Shown here one piece after another: positions 52,827 through 55,057 of a stretch of 55,057 nucleotides of DNA. Position 1 is the first letter of the stretch. The number at the start of each line of letters is the position of its first letter. Made by a program: the position numbers and the translations under genes. This stretch comes from Nautiliaceae bacterium (lineage in GTDB: Bacteria; Campylobacterota; Campylobacteria; Campylobacterales; Nautiliaceae), in contig JALWNI010000058.1 in NCBI GenBank assembly GCA_027083695.1, positions 1-55,057 on the forward strand, read 5' to 3'. A model generated the notes under the pieces. It did no database searches. It worked only from the letters and a program-made list of their open reading frames with translations, and was not told the DNA's origin.

Positions 52827-53549
52827 ATGAATAAATTTTTAGAAGAATTAATTGAACTAAATAGATTAGAGAGAAAATTAAAAGAATTAGAGCCTGTTGA
52901 AGCTGGAATTAAAGCTCCTCTTAGCAAACTTGAAAATCAAAAAAAATCTCTGGAAGATAGACTTGAAAAACTTGAAGAAGAGATTAAAAATATAAAACTT
53001 AAAAGAAGTAAAAATGAACTTTTAATAGCTGAACTTAAAGAGAAATTAAAAGACCTTGAAGAGAAACAGAATAAAGTTAAAAGTGAAAAAGAGTTTAAAG
53101 CGCTTCAAATAGAAGAAGAGTTAGCACGAGAACAAATAGAAGCTGCAAATGAAGAGATTGAAAGATTTGAAAAGATTTTAGAGCAAAAAGAAGAAGAGAA
53201 AACAGAGCTACAAAAAGAGATTGAAAAATTAGATGCGGAAATCACACTTACAAAAGTAGATGTAGATAAAAAACTTGAAACAGTTGAAAAACAAAAAAAA
53301 GAGATTTATAAAAAAAGAGATGAATTAATTCAAAAAATGAATCCAAATATTTACAGATTTTATGAAAAAATCAAAAAATGGGCCGGAATTACTGCGGTAA
53401 CCCCTATTAAAAAACAAGCATGTAGCGGATGTAATATGAGAATAAATGACAAAATTTTCTCAGAAGTTCTTAAAGGTGAAGAGATTGTAACATGTCCTCA
53501 TTGTGGAAGAGTTTTGTTTGTGGAAGAAGAAGATAAAGAAAAAGAGTAG
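52827..53549 (+). CDS. Coiled-coil plus C4 zinc-ribbon protein (DUF164; HP0958-like)
   Basis: Long coiled coil followed by CSGC...CPHC. Lies immediately downstream of Nif3, as HP0958/HP0959 do in H. pylori (from memory). Confidence 0.7.
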   Translation: MNKFLEELIELNRLERKLKELEPVEAGIKAPLSKLENQKKSLEDRLEKLEEEIKNIKLKRSKNELLIAELKEKLKDLEEKQNKVKSEKEFKALQIEEELAREQIEAANEEIERFEKILEQKEEEKTELQKEIEKLDAEITLTKVDVDKKLETVEKQKKEIYKKRDELIQKMNPNIYRFYEKIKKWAGITAVTPIKKQACSGCNMRINDKIFSEVLKGEEIVTCPHCGRVLFVEEEDKEKE

Positions 53550-53555
53550 ATTTTA

Positions 53556-54686
53556 GTGTTTACTTTGATTTACTGCTTTTTTGCTTTTTTTTTATATCTT
53601 ATTTCTCTTCCTTTTTTGCTCTTTTTGATTTTTAAAGACAAATACAAAAAATCAATTCCTGCAAGATTTTTTCTTTATAATAATCCTCCATTTAAAGAGA
53701 AAACTTACTGGTTTCATGCTTGTTCTCTTGGTGAAACAAGAGCATTAAAACCAATAATAGAAAAATTTGAAAAAGTTAATTTGAGTGTAATTACAAATAC
53801 CGGATATGAAGAGGCTAAAAAATATAAAAATACTGATGTAAGATTTTTGCCATATGAGATATTCTTGCCTTTTTGGATTAAACCTTGTGAAAGTTTGGTT
53901 GTGATGGAGGCTGAGCTTTGGTATTGTCTGTTTTTAATCGCTAAAAAAAAATGTAAAAAAACTATTTTGTTAAATGCCAGAATAAGTGAAAAGAGTTATC
54001 CTAAATATCTTAAATTTAAATGGTTTTATAAAAAAATTTTTAAGAATATTGACATTGTTTTAGCTCAAAGCGAAGAGGATAAAAAAAGACTTTTAAGTCT
54101 TGGGGCAAAAAATGTTGAGGTTGTAGGAAATATTAAAACATATTTCAATCCTAAAATTACGACAAAATATATCAAACAAAAGCCTTTAATTGTAGTAGCA
54201 TCAACACATAAAAATGAAGAGGAGATGATTTTAAAAAATCTTAATTTAAAAAATTATCAAGTGGTGGTTGTTCCAAGGCATCCTGAGAGGTTTGACGAAG
54301 TTTATGAAATTATGAAAAAGTTTGGGGAAGTTAAAAGAATTTCAGATATGAAAAAAGAAAAAGAGATTATCTTAGAGGAAAATTTGATCTTGTGTAATAA
54401 AATGGGAGAGCTTATAAATTTATATAATGTGGCTGATATAGTGATACTTGGAGGCAGTTTTGTAGATAATATCGGTGGTCATAATCCAATTGAGGCGGCT
54501 TTTTTTAATAAACCCATTATTAGCGGTAAATATATTTTTAATCAAAAAGCTCTTTATAGAGAAGTTGAGAATATTGAAATATGTAATTTGGAAGATATAA
54601 TGAAATGTATAAAAAATGCAAAACCTACAAAAATTAAGAATAAAATAGATATTGATTATATTGTAGAAAAGGTAAAAAATGGCTAA
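53556..54686 (+). CDS. waaA: 3-deoxy-D-manno-octulosonic acid (Kdo) transferase
   Basis: GTG start, N-terminal TM anchor, WFHACSLGE motif and a glycosyltransferase C-terminal domain (PRHPERF, GGSF). Confidence 0.88.
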   Translation: MFTLIYCFFAFFLYLISLPFLLFLIFKDKYKKSIPARFFLYNNPPFKEKTYWFHACSLGETRALKPIIEKFEKVNLSVITNTGYEEAKKYKNTDVRFLPYEIFLPFWIKPCESLVVMEAELWYCLFLIAKKKCKKTILLNARISEKSYPKYLKFKWFYKKIFKNIDIVLAQSEEDKKRLLSLGAKNVEVVGNIKTYFNPKITTKYIKQKPLIVVASTHKNEEEMILKNLNLKNYQVVVVPRHPERFDEVYEIMKKFGEVKRISDMKKEKEIILEENLILCNKMGELINLYNVADIVILGGSFVDNIGGHNPIEAAFFNKPIISGKYIFNQKALYREVENIEICNLEDIMKCIKNAKPTKIKNKIDIDYIVEKVKNG

Positions 54687-54969
54687 ATTTTATGAAATAA
54701 AAAATGAAAAAATAATCTTAAACATAAAAGCACAGCCAAATTCAAGTAAAAATAGAATTGCCGGAATTTATGGAGACGCAATAAAAATCAATATAAAAGC
54801 CCCAGCAGTTGAAGGTGCGGCAAATAAAGAATTGATAAAGTTTTTATCTAAAACTTTTAAAGTTCCAAAAAGTGATATTGAGCTAAAAGGTGAAAGCAGT
54901 AAGCAAAAAAGAGTTATTTTACCTATGAATGAAAAAATAAAAGAGTTTATTGAGAGTTTAGAAAAATAG
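54679..54969 (+). CDS. YggU-like DUF167 protein
   Basis: 96 aa with the KAQPNSSKN ... IKAPAVEGAANKELIKFLSK pattern of the YggU family. Confidence 0.85.
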   Translation: MAKFYEIKNEKIILNIKAQPNSSKNRIAGIYGDAIKINIKAPAVEGAANKELIKFLSKTFKVPKSDIELKGESSKQKRVILPMNEKIKEFIESLEK

Positions 54970-54990
54970 TTTTGGAATAACTTTTGCTTG

Positions 54991-55009
54991 AAGCCTTATA
55001 AAAAGGCTT
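54991..55009 (+). terminator. Hairpin after the DUF167 gene (weak terminator candidate)
   Basis: AAGCCTT-ATAAA-AAGGCTT with a 7-bp stem. No clear T-run follows. Confidence 0.3.
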
Positions 55010-55057
55010 ATAATGATTCAGCCTCTTGATATTAACTCTTTATTTGATATTTTGGAT

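Noticed and set aside
55013-55057. Possible 5' end of a CDS (ATG 55013, MIQPLDINSLFDILD...) running off the window
   Set aside because: Only 15 codons are visible and there is no clear RBS, so there is too little to support a call.

Overview
Visibly AT-rich chromosomal window from a Campylobacterota (epsilonproteobacterial) genome, probably a Nautilia/Caminibacter-like lineage. Supporting gene order: flgI-flgJ-flgM-flgN-flgK as in Campylobacter, CheZ-U32 and Nif3/zinc-ribbon pairs as in Helicobacter, and an HsrA/CosR-type orphan regulator. About 60 genes, mostly core. 1-16.4 kb holds tRNA-Gly(partial)-tRNA-Trp-secE-nusG-rplKAJL-rpoB-rpoC and rpsL-rpsG-fusA. The rpoC-rpsL junction is interrupted by a small two-gene insertion plus 558 bp of non-coding DNA. 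The rest is housekeeping: nadA/nadC, plsY, folB, ppx, bamA, tyrA, atpB, a flagellar block, cheZ, purE, glyQ and waaA. No transposase, integrase, CRISPR array or recognisable defence system was seen. The standout region is 19.4-27.5 kb, a complete selenocysteine island. It contains selD with an in-frame UGA (the ORF track truncates its N-terminus), selA, selB and tRNA-Sec. selD is the sixth gene of a tightly packed co-directional cluster. The first five genes are uncharacterised cysteine-relay or transport proteins: YedF-like, a Tat-exported transglutaminase-fold protein, a TusA-MerT fusion, a MerP-like periplasmic CxxC protein and a DsrE-like protein. There is no merA/merR and no YedE-type permease. 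I propose this as a candidate undescribed selenium uptake and delivery pathway; this is inference and needs testing. Secondary observations: an (AG)6 tract in a promoter spacer ahead of the rpoC-rpsL insertion, two compensating homopolymer frameshifts there, recurrent CT-rich tracts right after stop codons, an ATGGGTRR repeat array, and a ThiE-like gene with no canonical start codon.
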